Shown piece by piece: positions 1 through 9,102 of a stretch of DNA of 39,758 bases (its first letter is position 1; every line of letters begins with the position of its first letter). The stretch is taken from assembly GCA_964497675.1 (NCBI GenBank), contig CAZCDP010000002.1, positions 1 to 39,758 of the forward strand, read 5' to 3'. The notes under the pieces are model-generated. The model saw nothing but the letters and a program-made list of their open reading frames with translations, did no database searches and was not told where the DNA came from. A program made the translations under genes and the position numbers. The stretch comes from an uncultured Candidatus Epulonipiscium sp. (GTDB lineage Bacteria; Bacillota; Clostridia; Lachnospirales; Anaerotignaceae).

Positions 1-792
1 ATACATGGTGCATTTTTCTTTGCCTGTTCAAAAAGGTCACGAACTCTGGAAGCGCCGACACCTACAAACATTTCAACAAAATCCGAACCGGAAATACTGA
101 AAAATGGTACACCTGCTTCACCTGCTACAGCTTTTGCCAGTAATGTTTTACCGGTACCGGGAGGGCCCACAAGCAGAACGCCTTTCGGAATCCTTGCACC
201 CAAAGCCATAAATCTTTTAGGCTCCTTCAAAAATTGCACCAATTCTTGCAATTCTTCCTTTTCTTCGTCCAATCCTGCCACGTTTCCAAATGTCGTTTTT
301 TTACTTTCATCCACTGTCATTTTTGCTTTGCTTTTGCCGAAGGACATCATCTTTCCGCCGCCGCCGCCCTGCATCTTCTGGAAGATGAAGGTGAAAATCA
401 GAATCATAATAATCATCATGACCAAAGATGGCAGAATTGCTGAAAAAATGCTGGTTTTCGGCACAGATGGCGTTATTACCTCAATATCACTCGGTTTCAT
501 AAGTTTTTCATCCAAACGGTTCTGGAATGTTGAAACACTGGGGATATTTACATTGATAATTTTTCCATCCTTTAATACCGCTTTCACCGTACCAAAGTCA
601 TCCACATCAGAATTCCTTTGTAATTCTATTTGCTTGATTTGATTATTTTCCAGTTCTAAAATTAAATCGCTGTATGTATAATCAAGATCTGCCGCATTTT
701 CAACTTTTTTCCCTGCAAATGCCAGCATACCCAAAATAATCACAAAAATTATGCCATACAATCCCAATGATTTCCAATATTTTTTCAAGCAT
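1..792 (-). CDS. ftsH: ATP-dependent zinc metalloprotease FtsH, N-terminal part (3' end lies beyond window start)
   Basis: Reverse-strand translation starts at ATG 792, with SD GGAGGG at 795-800. It reads [21 protein letters not shown]..., then a second TM segment, then the AAA+ Walker [47 protein letters not shown]. The frame is open to base 1. It is absent from the ORF track because it has no stop in the window. It follows tilS-hpt as in most Firmicutes. Confidence 0.9.
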
Positions 793-873
793 GTCCCTCC
801 TTAATAAGATTATTGTTCGGCTGCGAAAACCCAATAAATGGCTGTTCCCTGCCTATCAACCCGTCAATAAATT

Positions 874-902
874 ATTCTAACATAGTTGAAATAGAAACGC
901 AA
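874..902 (-). promoter_or_regulatory. Candidate sigmaA promoter of ftsH
   Basis: On the minus strand: TTGCGT (902-897), a 17-nt spacer, then TGtTAGAAT (extended -10, hexamer 879-874). It lies about 80 nt upstream of the ftsH ATG. Confidence 0.4.
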
Positions 903-947
903 CTTCCTCTCAGCAAAAAAATGTTTTTTCCTTTTTTCATGCTCTTA

Positions 948-1228
948 TTTTTCAAAAAGGGCTTTTTCAAAAAACTCAAAAACTCGCACCCTCACCTAAT
1001 AAAGAACAAGGTAAAGATAAAACTGAAATTTATCCAATTATTTGCGGAGGCTTGAAAACAAGGCATTCCCCACTGGAATTGCAAAAGGGCCAAATCACGC
1101 CGCAACACAGAAAAAAGCTGAATTTTCAAGGCTTTTAAGCCTGTTTCGAAAATTACAGCTTTTAACAGACAGTACCTAAATTTTTATTCCCAGAATAAAA
1201 TGTTACAACGTATAGACTTTACTCATAC
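948..1228. repeat. Mosaic intergenic repeat locus A (contains L-module copy 1025-1100)
   Basis: TTTTTCAAAAA occurs twice (948-958, 963-973). GCACCCTCACCTAA (~987-1000) resembles GGTGCAACCCTCACCCCCTAA at 16698-16717. 1025-1100 aligns with 13931-13999 (AATTTAtCCAATTATTtGCgGAGG...CCCCAcTGgAAT...AAATCACGC). There is a nested hairpin AGGCTT-tt-AAGCCT (1129-1142). GTATAGACTTTACTCATAC (1210-1228) resembles GGTATAGACTTTGTCTACGCC at 34509-34529. Confidence 0.6.
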
Positions 1229-1267
1229 ACTGCATTCTTTTTTCTATTTTATCCTTTTTCCTCTTAC

Positions 1268-1798
1268 TTATTCCTCTTCAAAGGAAATAACACCTATATA
1301 ATCCAGATTTCTGTATCTTTGTGCATAATCCAAACCATAGCCCACCACAAAAGCATCGGGAATGGTAAATCCCGTATAATCCACATCAACAGCAGAAACT
1401 CTCCTGTCCGGCTTATCCAAAAGGGTACAGATTTTCAGACTTTTCGGTTTTCTGTTGGAAAGAATCTCTACCAGACAGTGAAGGGTTCTGCCGCTGTCAA
1501 TGATGTCTTCCACAACAATCACATTTTTCCCTTCGATAGGCCCGTCCAAATCCATTAAAATCTTAATCTCACCGGTGCTTTCCGTACCATCTCCATAACT
1601 CGAAACGTCCATAAAATTCATGGTTACAGGCACCTTGATTTTTTTTGCCAAATCTACCATAAACACCACGCCGCCTTTCAGAACGCAGACAAGCTCAATG
1701 GATTCTCCCGCATAATCTTCCGAAATCTGTTCCGCAATCTCATCAAGCCTCTTTCCGATGGCTGATGTGGTGATCAAGGTCTCCACTTTTTCCTTCAT
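1268..1798 (-). CDS. hpt: Hypoxanthine(-guanine) phosphoribosyltransferase
   Basis: MKEKVETLITTSAIGKRLDEIAEQISEDYAG..VLKGGVVFMVDLAKKI...VVEDIIDSGRTL (PRPP-binding motif). The start is placed at ATG 1798, preceded by GGGAGG 9 nt upstream. The ORF-track start at 1852 has no SD. Confidence 0.9.
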   Translation of the reverse strand: MKEKVETLITTSAIGKRLDEIAEQISEDYAGESIELVCVLKGGVVFMVDLAKKIKVPVTMNFMDVSSYGDGTESTGEIKILMDLDGPIEGKNVIVVEDIIDSGRTLHCLVEILSNRKPKSLKICTLLDKPDRRVSAVDVDYTGFTIPDAFVVGYGLDYAQRYRNLDYIGVISFEEE

Positions 1799-3173
1799 TG
1801 CCTTTTTCCTCCCATATCTGAATAGATAAAATGTTTTTAGTCGTTTCATCAACGCTGAATTTTTCTGCCGTCCTATACCCCACTACCCACAAAATTTCTG
1901 CTCCGCAAGCAATCAGCGGAATGCGTTCTCTGTCCTCACGGGGAATTTTTTCGTCAATCATAAAGTCCTTCAGTTTTTTTTCATGACCGCCGCCGATGGA
2001 TAATCTATCACCCGGTTGTCTAGTACGGCAACACAGTGCCTTGTCTATTTTATCATAATCAAATACTTTCGTACATACAGGAAAAGGATTTTCCCTGTTT
2101 TTCTCTGCATTGAACGATATTCTGACAAATTTGCCTGTTTCTTTTATGAATATTGTTTTTTTAGGGGAAATCTCATAGCAATACCCCCCTGTTTTATTCA
2201 TATTGTTTAAAAAAAGACGTAAATTATCGTATTGTATTTCTGCACCCAACCCCAGTGCCAGGGAAATCTGTTTTCCCGTTTCCTTATCCAAGAGTTCTTC
2301 CAACTGCATCATATGCGTAAAGGACAAATCCCGTATATCCCGTTCCAGCAGACGAAACCCTCGGCGCAGCGTCCGTCGGCGCAAAGCAGGGTGCAGTTTT
2401 TTCAAGGCTTCCTTTTGCAAAACCACCTGCCCCTCTCGATGAGAAACCATGCAGTCCTCCAAGGCTTTTTTTGCCGCTTTTTCCAAAAAATCCTCTTCCT
2501 CTGCCAAAAGCTGTGCCGTACGGGCAATATGCTCCACTACCCCTTTGTTAATTTCCCGCTCCATCCAAGGCAGCAGCCCCAAACGGATTTTATTTCTGGT
2601 ATATATTTCCATTTTATTTGTTCTATCGTCGCAAAAATCCAGTCCTTCTTTTTGGCAATATGCTTCGATTTCCTTTCGGCTGCAAAAAAGCAAAGGGCGA
2701 ATAATCGTTCCCCGTACCGGTGCAATTCCCGCCAAACCCGTCATGCCCGCACCCCGACAAAGACGCATCAGCACAGTTTCCGCCTGGTCGTTTCGGTTAT
2801 GTGCCACAGCAATCTTTCCGCCGCAGGCTTCCTCATAAAAAGCGGCATAACGAAGCTGACGTCCGGCTTCCTCTTCGCCGACGCCTCGCCTGACCGCCTC
2901 CGCCGCCACATTAAAATAGTAGCTTGCACAGGGTATCTGCCACATCTGACATAACTGTTCCACAAAGGCCAAATCCCGATCCGCCTCTGCCCCACGTAAC
3001 CCGTGATGCACATGAACAGCCTGCAATGTCAGATCATATTCTTTTTGCAACGTGAAAAGCACATGAAGGAGGGCTACAGAATCCGCACCACCTGATACTC
3101 CCACGACTACACTGTCACTCTTTTTCAGCATATGAAATTTTTTAATTGTTTCCTTGGCTTTTTGCAGCAGCAT
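1743..3173 (-). CDS. tilS: tRNA(Ile)-lysidine synthase
   Basis: N-terminal PP-loop VVGVSGGADSVALLHVL, typical length and C-terminal domain, SD GGAGAG 7 nt before ATG 3173, and conserved position upstream of hpt and ftsH. Confidence 0.9.
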   Translation of the reverse strand: MLLQKAKETIKKFHMLKKSDSVVVGVSGGADSVALLHVLFTLQKEYDLTLQAVHVHHGLRGAEADRDLAFVEQLCQMWQIPCASYYFNVAAEAVRRGVGEEEAGRQLRYAAFYEEACGGKIAVAHNRNDQAETVLMRLCRGAGMTGLAGIAPVRGTIIRPLLFCSRKEIEAYCQKEGLDFCDDRTNKMEIYTRNKIRLGLLPWMEREINKGVVEHIARTAQLLAEEEDFLEKAAKKALEDCMVSHREGQVVLQKEALKKLHPALRRRTLRRGFRLLERDIRDLSFTHMMQLEELLDKETGKQISLALGLGAEIQYDNLRLFLNNMNKTGGYCYEISPKKTIFIKETGKFVRISFNAEKNRENPFPVCTKVFDYDKIDKALCCRTRQPGDRLSIGGGHEKKLKDFMIDEKIPREDRERIPLIACGAEILWVVGYRTAEKFSVDETTKNILSIQIWEEKGNEGKSGDLDHHISHRKEA

Positions 3174-3272
3174 CGTTCTTCTCTCCGTTTCTTTGTAGGC
3201 TTTCTCTCTACTAATCTACACGAAAAACAGAAAAAACACAACAAAAACCATCTTCATACAAAGGTTTCTATG

Positions 3273-5687
3273 CTATCTCGCCCAAAAGCGACCTGCCATA
3301 ACGGTCATATCGTCTTTTCTTTCTCCCTCCAGCTTTTTTTCCGCTTCCAATAAAATATAATCAACAATATCCTGTGGATTATTGCTGTGAAATTTTCGAA
3401 AAATATCCGTCAGCCAATCTACATCCATTGTCTGACCCCCAATGGCATCTGTTATTCCATCGGTCATCAATAAAATAATGTCCCCGTCCTTTAAAAGCAT
3501 ATCGTTTTTATCCGGGGCAATATGCTGTAGTATGCCTACGGGCAATGTCTGAGAACGTATGGCAATTACTCTCTCATCCCGCAAAATATAGGCCGCCACT
3601 GCACCGATTTTCATAAACTCCGCTTTAGCGGTATAAAGGTCCACCGTACAAATATCCAAGGTCGCATAGCTCTCCTCTGCCGACCGTAATAATAATACAG
3701 AATTAATCATTTTTACAGCTAAATCCTTTTCAAATCCAGCTTCCATAAACTGCTCCAAAAGTTCGATGGCAGAACGGCTTTCGCTGTTTGCACCCTTGCC
3801 CGTTCCCATACCGTCGGATAATGCCATAATAGCAGAGCCTGTGGCTGTTTCCAAAAAGGCAGTACTGTCGCCGGAAACCCCGCCTTCTTCCTTTGGCCGT
3901 GATGCCACAGCCGTCGTCAGACGGAATTTATTTTCTTCCACCAATTTCAAGGTACAAAGCTTGTCCCGCCCCCCATAACAGGCGGCTTTCCCCCCTGCCT
4001 TTCGCATGGGCTTGCCCAATGCCTTCCCGACAATCGGCACAATTTTTTCATTGCAAAGATTGTTCCCGTTACAGGCACGCATTGTCAGCGTAACCTCTTG
4101 CCCCTGATTTTTCTGTCTGCTTTCCAGTACAGAAACCTGACGGGTGTGAATCTTTTCTTTATCCAAAGCTGCCGCTATCTCTTTTTCCAAGCTCTCCCGA
4201 TAAACCCCCCTTACATCCAGTTGACCTGATAGGTCTTCCACAATATGCCCAACGGCAAAAAGCTGTTGGCTCACCAATTCCCTGCATTCCTCCAATCTGT
4301 TTTTCCAAATACATTGGGTCTGGAAATTCTCATAAACCCGATTAATGGTATCTACAAAATTTGGGAATCGCACACAATTTTCCTGAAAACCCTCTGGAAA
4401 ATGGTTCAACCCCACACAACCTCTCCTCTCACAAACGGAAAGGGCAGAAAACGTCATCTGATAGGTATTGTAAAAGTCCGTATCCCAGCAATAAGCCCCC
4501 AATCCGCAGTTTTTACACGCTCTGTCAGCGATGGTATCCACCATATCCGCAATATTTTTCTTTCCTGTTGTTTCCTCCTTTTCTTCCTGCCGAAATGTTT
4601 TTGCCAAGCCGTAAAAAGCCCCGGCAAACTGTTTTAATTTGTCCTCTGTCATCTCCTTCATCCTGATAAAATACTTGTCCTCATCAAACTCCTTTTCATA
4701 TACCGCATAGGTATTAATAAATGCAAAGGCTTTTCTGGGTATCAGCAAAAAAATCACACTGCCCATAGCCAGACCTTCTAAAAAACTTTTTTCCAGAATT
4801 TCTTGATTCTGATAAAACAATAATATAACCACTGCCGCCAAAAAACTAAAAACTGCCGCCAGTCGTCCCAGCTCCTTCATAGCACCGCAAAACATCCCGC
4901 CCAGACTAAGGGCACAGAATAATTGCAAATCGGCTTTCCCGCAAGCTGCCAAAAGGAAACCCACTAATATTCCTGCTGATGCACCCGCTCCCGTACCACC
5001 ACGGTATCCTGCTGTCAGAATCAACACAGCCGCCGGTATGGTCATAAGAGGAATCTGTCCAATAGGCAAAATAACATCAGACGCACCTGCCACAGCACCG
5101 CCAAAAAGCAATGCCAAGCTAATCAGTTCTTCTCCCGTCATAATCCTGCGTTTCAGTCCACTTTCCAGAAGCTCCACTCCGTTTTGTGTCACAAAGGCTA
5201 ATAAAAAAACAGCCATCCCTTCCACAACGGCAACCCAAAGATAAAAAAGAGAACCACCGTTCACAGCGGCAAAAGCAACGCCTCCAAGAAATGTTGCTCC
5301 GCCGCCGCAAAGGGCTTTTAAGAGGGTTGATGGATTTTTTATTTTACTGCCGACGCCCAAATGAAACGCTAGACAAAAAATAAGACAAAGTATGTATTTC
5401 GCACCTTGATGCAGGCCGCCCCACAAAAGACCAATGCCTACAGCAACGGCAATCGGATAAAAACGGAAATCCCCCATCAAAAACGCCGATAGATAGGCAA
5501 GCCCCAAGGGATTCAAAATTTGAAAGACCGTCGTATTCCCCCATAAAAATCCCATTAGGCAGAACATTATTTCCTTTCCCCAAACAGAAACCTTGGGTAA
5601 TCCTATCTTTTCTTTTGCCTTTGGTGCAAGGGGCGGCAATACCCTTCCGTAAATGGGGCGCTCCACCGTAATTTCCGTTTTTTCCAT
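3273..5687 (-). CDS. spoIIE: Stage II sporulation protein E (membrane-bound PP2C phosphatase)
   Basis: 804 aa. The N-terminal ~330 aa are polytopic membrane segments. The C-terminal PP2C-type domain shows ...GVSGDS...ALSDGMGTG...LLMTDGITD. SD GGAGGG lies 6 nt before ATG 5687. Confidence 0.9.
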   Translation of the reverse strand: MEKTEITVERPIYGRVLPPLAPKAKEKIGLPKVSVWGKEIMFCLMGFLWGNTTVFQILNPLGLAYLSAFLMGDFRFYPIAVAVGIGLLWGGLHQGAKYILCLIFCLAFHLGVGSKIKNPSTLLKALCGGGATFLGGVAFAAVNGGSLFYLWVAVVEGMAVFLLAFVTQNGVELLESGLKRRIMTGEELISLALLFGGAVAGASDVILPIGQIPLMTIPAAVLILTAGYRGGTGAGASAGILVGFLLAACGKADLQLFCALSLGGMFCGAMKELGRLAAVFSFLAAVVILLFYQNQEILEKSFLEGLAMGSVIFLLIPRKAFAFINTYAVYEKEFDEDKYFIRMKEMTEDKLKQFAGAFYGLAKTFRQEEKEETTGKKNIADMVDTIADRACKNCGLGAYCWDTDFYNTYQMTFSALSVCERRGCVGLNHFPEGFQENCVRFPNFVDTINRVYENFQTQCIWKNRLEECRELVSQQLFAVGHIVEDLSGQLDVRGVYRESLEKEIAAALDKEKIHTRQVSVLESRQKNQGQEVTLTMRACNGNNLCNEKIVPIVGKALGKPMRKAGGKAACYGGRDKLCTLKLVEENKFRLTTAVASRPKEEGGVSGDSTAFLETATGSAIMALSDGMGTGKGANSESRSAIELLEQFMEAGFEKDLAVKMINSVLLLRSAEESYATLDICTVDLYTAKAEFMKIGAVAAYILRDERVIAIRSQTLPVGILQHIAPDKNDMLLKDGDIILLMTDGITDAIGGQTMDVDWLTDIFRKFHSNNPQDIVDYILLEAEKKLEGERKDDMTVMAGRFWAR

Positions 5688-5798
5688 ATCGTTCCCTCCG
5701 TATACCGCAAGTTCCTCTGTCCTCTCAGGTAAATCGAATTGTTTCCGCTACTGCCCAAAACCATTGTTACAGCTTGTTTTCATCTTTTGTTATGCTCT

Positions 5799-5831
5799 AT
5801 TATAAAGAAATATGACTATATTTTTTGTCAA
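5799..5831 (-). promoter_or_regulatory. Candidate Spo0A-type sigmaA promoter of spoIIE with over-long spacer
   Basis: On the minus strand: TTGACA (5831-5826), a 21-nt spacer, then TATAAT (5804-5799). A 0A-box-like TGTCAAA on the plus strand (5826-5832) overlaps the -35. AGGCGAA lies on the minus strand (5853-5847). Confidence 0.4.
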
Positions 5832-5896
5832 AAACTGGAAGTATCGTTCGCCTTTTTCTTTCAAAAGACGCAAAACAGATTATATTTCCTCCAAAG

Positions 5897-5941
5897 CAAA
5901 AAAAACCGAAATTTCAGTGATTTGAAATTTCGGTTTTTTTA
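5897..5941. terminator. Bidirectional rho-independent terminator
   Basis: Perfect 12-bp stem ACCGAAATTTCA (5905-5916) / TGAAATTTCGGT (5923-5934), flanked by an A-run (5897-5904) and a T-run (5935-5940). It lies 27 nt downstream of the minus-strand gene that ends at 5968. Confidence 0.8.
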
Positions 5942-5967
5942 TATTGTACCTGCTTTATGAATTTATA

Positions 5968-6171
5968 TTAATTGACCGGATATTCTTCTTCCAGCTCCAT
6001 CTCGTAATACTTTAGTTTTCCCTTTGCCGCATAACCTTCATAATTCATTTTGGGGCGTCCGCTTTTTTTCTTTCCGCCGGCCGACTTTCGTTTTTCAGCC
6101 TCTGCCTCACGCTCCATTTTTTTCATTCTGTCATAACGCTCAAATTCCGACGCTTTCTTTGACACTGCCAT
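5968..6171 (-). CDS. Small highly charged hypothetical protein (67 aa)
   Basis: ORF MAVSKKASEFERYDRMKKMEREAEAEKRKSAGGKKKSGRPK... is preceded by AGGAGGAG immediately upstream of the ATG and followed by a strong terminator. No family recognised. Confidence 0.6.
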   Translation of the reverse strand: MAVSKKASEFERYDRMKKMEREAEAEKRKSAGGKKKSGRPKMNYEGYAAKGKLKYYEMELEEEYPVN

Positions 6172-6327
6172 TCTCCTCCTGAATTTTATAATGAAAAAAA
6201 AATAGTTTTACTCTCTTATTATTATGCTGAAAAGCCGCTCTTGTCAACTATAAATTTCACGCAAACTAAGAAAAATTCTGACAGCATTTCTCGCCCATTT
6301 TTTCTTCTATCCAGACTTATAAAAATT

Positions 6328-6359
6328 AAAACAGCAGACACAATGGTATCTGCTGTTTT
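6328..6359 (-). terminator. Rho-independent terminator (minus-strand orientation favoured)
   Basis: 11-bp stem AAAACAGCAGA (6328-6338) / TCTGCTGTTTT (6349-6359). On the minus strand it is followed by AATTTTTAT. No CDS ends immediately upstream of it. Confidence 0.6.
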
Positions 6360-6513
6360 AACGGATATTTCGTTTAGAAAACTTCTTCTTTTCTCTTTTG
6401 TTTGTTGATTGCTTTTATGCCTACTTCCGTAGCTTTTTCTTTTGTAATGTAAAAAGAAGTTACAGCAAATCTGAAAAACACTTCATTTTCGTTATTTTCT
6501 TCTTTCTATATTT

Positions 6514-6542
6514 ATTGTATCCATTCCCTTTTTCCCTGTCAA
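6514..6542 (-). promoter_or_regulatory. Orphan consensus-like sigmaA promoter
   Basis: On the minus strand: TTGACA (6542-6537), a 17-nt spacer, then TACAAT (6519-6514). No ORF of 60 aa or more lies between it and the terminator at 6328-6359. Confidence 0.45.
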
Positions 6543-6843
6543 GAAAGGATAGGGGATTTTCGCATTTTCCATAAAATGCCTAAAAACCAATGAAATGAAA
6601 ACCAGTTTTTATGAAATTTCAAAAATCTCACCTTTTTGTTAGCAAAACTTCCCGAAGACCGAAACCAAATCAGATTTCTGTCGTTACAAATTACATAAAC
6701 CGCCTCTTTTTCCTGCTTGCTTCATAATACAATGTTTTTAATTTTAATCACTTTTTGTCTGTTTTTCCAAAATATCAGCTTCTTCCCAAACCACTGTATT
6801 TTTTTTCATCCTTCTTTGGGTTCAAAACCGTACTCTCTACAAA

Positions 6844-6890
6844 AAAAGAGTATTGCGGAACAGAAATAAACTCTTCCCCCATACTCTTTT
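6844..6890 (-). terminator. Probable terminator of the dnaD/dnaI-like operon
   Basis: On the minus strand: AAAAGAGTAT (6890-6881) pairs with ATACTCTTTT (6853-6844), with a 27-nt loop, followed by TTT. It begins 21 nt after the stop at 6911. Confidence 0.5.
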
Positions 6891-6910
6891 CGATTTTTTC
6901 TATTCGTTCT

Positions 6911-7915
6911 TTATTTCAAAAACTTCTTTTTCACCCGAATATCCTCTCCAAAAAATTTTAGTGTCTGATACTCTCCCAAAAGTCTGGAAACAATTCTGTC
7001 GGAATACTGATTGACAAAATCCGATGGTGCCAGATTGGTGGATAATATCACAGGCCTTTTGTTCAGCATACGGGTATTGATGATATTGAAAAGCTCAGAA
7101 CTGGACAGTATGGTGGAAAACTCCGTTCCCAAATCGTCTATGATGAACAAATCCACGTCCAAAATGTCTGTCATATAATCTTCCCGTTCTTCCTCATCAA
7201 CTTTTCCAAAGCGCTGTTCCTCTATCATCTTAAAAAGCTGTCCTGCCGTCACATAAAGAACGGTTTTCCCTTGGTCCAGAAGTTCCTTTGCCATACAGTT
7301 GCACAAAAATGTCTTTCCCAGTCCCGTTCCGCCATAAAGAAGGAGATTGGTAAACTCCTTACCAAACCCTTGGGTAAACCTTAGGCAAATACTTAAAATA
7401 CTCTGTATGTTTTCCCTAGGGGACATCCCCTCCTTGGGGTCGGTTTTATCGCTGTAATAACGAATATCAAAGGTATCAAAGTTCTCCCTTTTGACAATAT
7501 CACGGATATTGGACTGGGCATAAGATGCATCCATAAGCTTCTGCTTCATACAAACGCACTGCTTTGTTCCTACATATCCTGTGTCATGGCATTGGGAGCA
7601 GACATATTCCATTTCCAGGTCTTGTTCAGTAAAACCATTGGCTTCCAACAGTGTTTTTTTCTCTATCCGCAGAGCCGTCATATCTTCTTGCAGTTTCCCT
7701 GCCAGCTGAAAGAAATTTTCGGGTTGCTGCAACACAAGCCTTGCAATGCGGATTCCCGTCAAAGAAACCTCTTCCTCGATTTCTTGTATCCTCGGCACCC
7801 GTTTATAGACCGCCTCTTTCCTGCTCCGCAGCTCCGCTGTTTTTTCCCATCGAAGTCGTTCATAGCCTCTGATAATTTCCTTGTAGATTTCTGTTTTTGC
7901 GGACAAATTTCCCAC
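6911..7915 (-). CDS. dnaI: DnaI/DnaC-type replicative helicase loader (AAA+, IstB-like ATPase)
   Basis: Cys-rich N-terminal segment CSQCHDTGYVGTKQCVC, Walker A GGTGLGKTFLCNCMAKEL and Walker B LFIIDDLG. It sits directly downstream of a DnaD-domain gene. The track start is GTG 7915, but that GTG is part of AAGGAAGGTG, so TTG 7906 is the more likely start. Confidence 0.8.
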   Translation of the reverse strand: MGNLSAKTEIYKEIIRGYERLRWEKTAELRSRKEAVYKRVPRIQEIEEEVSLTGIRIARLVLQQPENFFQLAGKLQEDMTALRIEKKTLLEANGFTEQDLEMEYVCSQCHDTGYVGTKQCVCMKQKLMDASYAQSNIRDIVKRENFDTFDIRYYSDKTDPKEGMSPRENIQSILSICLRFTQGFGKEFTNLLLYGGTGLGKTFLCNCMAKELLDQGKTVLYVTAGQLFKMIEEQRFGKVDEEEREDYMTDILDVDLFIIDDLGTEFSTILSSSELFNIINTRMLNKRPVILSTNLAPSDFVNQYSDRIVSRLLGEYQTLKFFGEDIRVKKKFLK

Positions 7916-7968
7916 CTTCCTTCTCTTATCCTGCTGTTATCCTTCTATAATCCTGCTGTTTCTGTGGT

Positions 7969-9000
7969 TCATTCCCCGTTTTTTCGCTTCTCCCGTTCCA
8001 ACCGCTCCAGTTCCTGAAAATCCCAGTTCCGTTGTTCATAATTGACAAAACGGTTCTGCTTTACCGCCTTCGGCGCCTGTACAGCCTTCTGCACATTACC
8101 CTCTTTTTGGGCTTTTTTTGCTTGTTTTGCTGCGGCAAAGGTGGCATCCAACCGTTCCACGTCCTCACGGCTCTTGACCTTTTCCTTTTGCCATGCCACT
8201 AAAATACTTTCGGCATAGGGGTAGCTTATGGTTCCCGTCTGTAATATCGTTCGTTCACAAGCCATCTTGATTACATCCAAAGGCATTTCATATTCTGTCA
8301 GCCATCTCTTCATAAATCCTTCTTCTGCCGGGGAGGGGGTACGCCCTCTCTGTCCAAAAGCACCCATAATCTCCCGATAACCGTTTTTTCGCAGCTTCAT
8401 ATAATCCAAGGCCTTCTGGGGGGTATCAATCCCCTCCTCCGCCCAACTAATAGCGACTTTTTCGATATAGTTCATATTTCTGTGGCCGCCTTGGACACAG
8501 TATGCCAAAAGAATTTCAATCACCTCCGGCGTTAGACGAAGCCAATCATAAAAGCTGAAAATCATGCTCATATCATTTTGGGAAAGTAGTTTGCCTAAAT
8601 GTGCCTGGGCAGAAAGAAAAAGCCCTTTTACCACCTTGCTTTTTTCCAGATAGACAGAAATTTCTTCCGGCGAATAGGAAGGCGGTCGGCTTAAAAATAC
8701 TGTCTGTTCCGCCACTCTTTTTTCCTTTCTGGATTCCACAGGCAAAAATTCCACAGAGCCATCGTCGTGGAGCTTTAAAAGTCCCTGCTCCTGCCAGTAT
8801 TTCCATGCCTTCACCACGTCGCTTTCCAAAAGATCCAGAGCCTTTGCAACCTCTTTGTCAGAAAGCCCTGTATTGCCGCCGCTGCAATGGCGGTAAGCAA
8901 AAAGATATGCCAAAACAAAAGGCGCAAAGGCCTTTGGCATATATTCATCTATAAAAATATTTGATATTTGTGTTGTGTTTGGTTCCATTTTAAAAGCCAT
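7969..9000 (-). CDS. DnaD-domain replication initiation / membrane attachment protein (Firmicute DnaB/DnaD family)
   Basis: 343 aa. DnaD/DnaB_2-like repeats (..MIFSFYDWLRLTPEVIEILLAYCV..NMNYIEKVAISWAEEGIDTPQKA..). Paired with the helicase loader. SD GGGAG lies 5 nt before ATG 9000. An extended -10 TGTTATAAT is on the minus strand at 9038-9030. Confidence 0.8.
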   Translation of the reverse strand: MAFKMEPNTTQISNIFIDEYMPKAFAPFVLAYLFAYRHCSGGNTGLSDKEVAKALDLLESDVVKAWKYWQEQGLLKLHDDGSVEFLPVESRKEKRVAEQTVFLSRPPSYSPEEISVYLEKSKVVKGLFLSAQAHLGKLLSQNDMSMIFSFYDWLRLTPEVIEILLAYCVQGGHRNMNYIEKVAISWAEEGIDTPQKALDYMKLRKNGYREIMGAFGQRGRTPSPAEEGFMKRWLTEYEMPLDVIKMACERTILQTGTISYPYAESILVAWQKEKVKSREDVERLDATFAAAKQAKKAQKEGNVQKAVQAPKAVKQNRFVNYEQRNWDFQELERLEREKRKNGE

Positions 9001-9050
9001 ACAATCTCCCTCTTCTATATTGCAGACTCATTATAACATAAAAAAGAGGA

Positions 9051-9090
9051 GAAAAAACCTCCAAAAAACTCTTTTTTCGTCTTTTGGAGG
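9051..9090 (-). terminator. Rho-independent terminator after the GT4 transferase gene
   Basis: 9-bp stem CCTCCAAAA (9058-9066) / TTTTGGAGG (9082-9090). On the minus strand it is followed by TTTTTT (plus-strand A-run 9052-9057). Confidence 0.7.
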
Positions 9091-9102
9091 TGAAAATTTT
9101 TG

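Noticed and set aside
813-1055. 80-aa plus-strand ORF between ftsH and hpt
   Set aside because: It runs through the ftsH promoter region and mosaic repeat units, has no SD and gives a low-complexity product.
2232-2954. 240-aa plus-strand ORF (and neighbours 2203-2442, 2449-2838) antisense to tilS
   Set aside because: Codon-aligned shadow ORFs inside a well-supported gene. They are low-complexity, have no SD and match no recognisable family.
6320-6507. Orphan promoter-terminator transcript considered as 6S RNA or another known housekeeping RNA
   Set aside because: Both the 5' and 3' portions are purine-rich and cannot form the long closing helix of 6S RNA. No resemblance to tmRNA, RNase P or SRP RNA motifs. 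Retained only as an anonymous sRNA candidate.
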